Source of the DNA: Zygnema circumcarinatum SAG 698-1b
Lineage: Eukaryota; Plantae; Zygnematophyceae
DNA: 64,000 nucleotides
Direction of reading: 5' to 3'
NCBI GenBank assembly: GCA_037447605.1
Contig: CM074820.1
Location: 248,001-312,000 of the forward strand
Under the pieces are notes generated by a model. It was not told the origin of the DNA and searched no databases. It was given only the letters and a program-made list of their open reading frames with translations. The first letter of the stretch is position 1, and each line of letters begins with the position of its first letter. A program made the translations under genes and the position numbers. Shown here one piece after another: positions 59,390 through 64,000 of this stretch.

Positions 59390-59713
59390 GGCTCGCCCCC
59401 TCTCTCTCTCCCCCGTCCCCCCGCCTCCTTTCCTCAGCCATACCGCCGCCAATGTCCCCGATACGATGCGAAAACAATAATCGATATTATTGACATGATT
59501 GATATCGATATACGTCAATACGTGTACTCCTTTTTGAGGGCTCCGCCGCTCGATTCCGCACGCGCAAGATATATCGACAAATATCGTCTAAAATCGATAC
59601 ATCATAGCGGTCGGTAATATCTCAGTAATCGATATATACTGTGGTCGATACGATATTGCAGCCCCAGTGCTAAAGGGCTCAATGATCCCCTCCGTCTCCG
59701 GAAAGATCGAGCC
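59390..59713. promoter_or_regulatory. Compact bidirectional promoter/5' UTR region between BOP1 and PSP
   Basis: Only 324 bp separate the divergent ATGs; four exact ATCGAT palindromes at 59480, 59504, 59593 and 59628. Confidence 0.65.
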
Positions 59714-63473
<3,760 letters not shown>

Positions 63474-64000
63474 CTCTATATTTTGGGGCAACAGAAAAAA
63501 AAAACTTGCTTCAATAATTCTTTGGAATAAGCCGTTGTTGGTCTATTAACTCTTAAGAATGGGTAACAATCTCACTACCAACCGACCACTTCCGATCCCA
63601 TCTATGTTTCTTTGGGAAAAATATTGCAGTTTATGCATGTAAGGACTTAAAAAGTCCGTAAAACAACTGTACATGGAATAAGTTTGACCCATTCCTCCCT
63701 CACTACCCCAAGCAGCTACACGTGAGGGTCCATCAATCTCTATCTCCCTTTCCCATCTCCTTACCTCCCTCCACTCCCTCCTACCCCTTCTTTCTCCCCT
63801 CCCTCCACTCCCTCCTACCCCTTCTCCCTCCACTCCCTCCACTCCTCTTCTTCCATTCCTCTATCCCTCCCTTCTTCTTCTTTCATTTTCTTTTAATCCT
63901 CCTCCTCCTTCCTTCACTCTCTTCCTCACCCTTCTCCCTCTCCCTCCCTCCACTCCCTCCTACCCCTTCTCCCTCCTCTCCCTCCACTCCCTCCTACCCC

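Overview
Eukaryotic, intron-rich nuclear DNA from a plant-lineage organism. A streptophyte alga, probably a zygnematophyte, is inferred from the plant-type genes, the LRR+EGF ectodomain genes and the microsatellite-filled introns. All gene models were built by hand from splice sites and frame/phase arithmetic; homologies are from recognition, not database searches. Seven protein-coding genes are supported. (1) SPT6, minus strand, 15 exons visible, runs off the left edge. (2) A GT4-like Golgi glycosyltransferase of the At4g01210/At5g04480 type (+); its 3' part is interrupted by a 147 x 10-bp satellite and lacks a conserved exon. (3) An uncharacterised gene (-) whose C-terminal domain resembles a bacterial/fungal hypothetical family. 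(4, 5) A tail-to-tail pair of paralogous secreted LRR-EGF genes with one LRR per exon and no TM or kinase. (6) A 1396-aa type II membrane GT64-GT8-degenerate GT8 fusion (+). (7) BOP1 (-), with a U12-type AT-AC intron and a probably artefactual 1446-bp duplication, head-to-head with plastid phosphoserine phosphatase PSP (+). Counting PSP, that is eight genes in all. Non-coding features include a 200-bp MITE, telomere-like 9-mer arrays, a palindromic CCAAT 24-mer array, very long GA/CT and C-rich tracts, and six 10-N gaps. No rRNA, tRNA or CRISPR was seen. The most interesting candidates are the GT64-GT8-GT8 fusion and the LRR-EGF pair.
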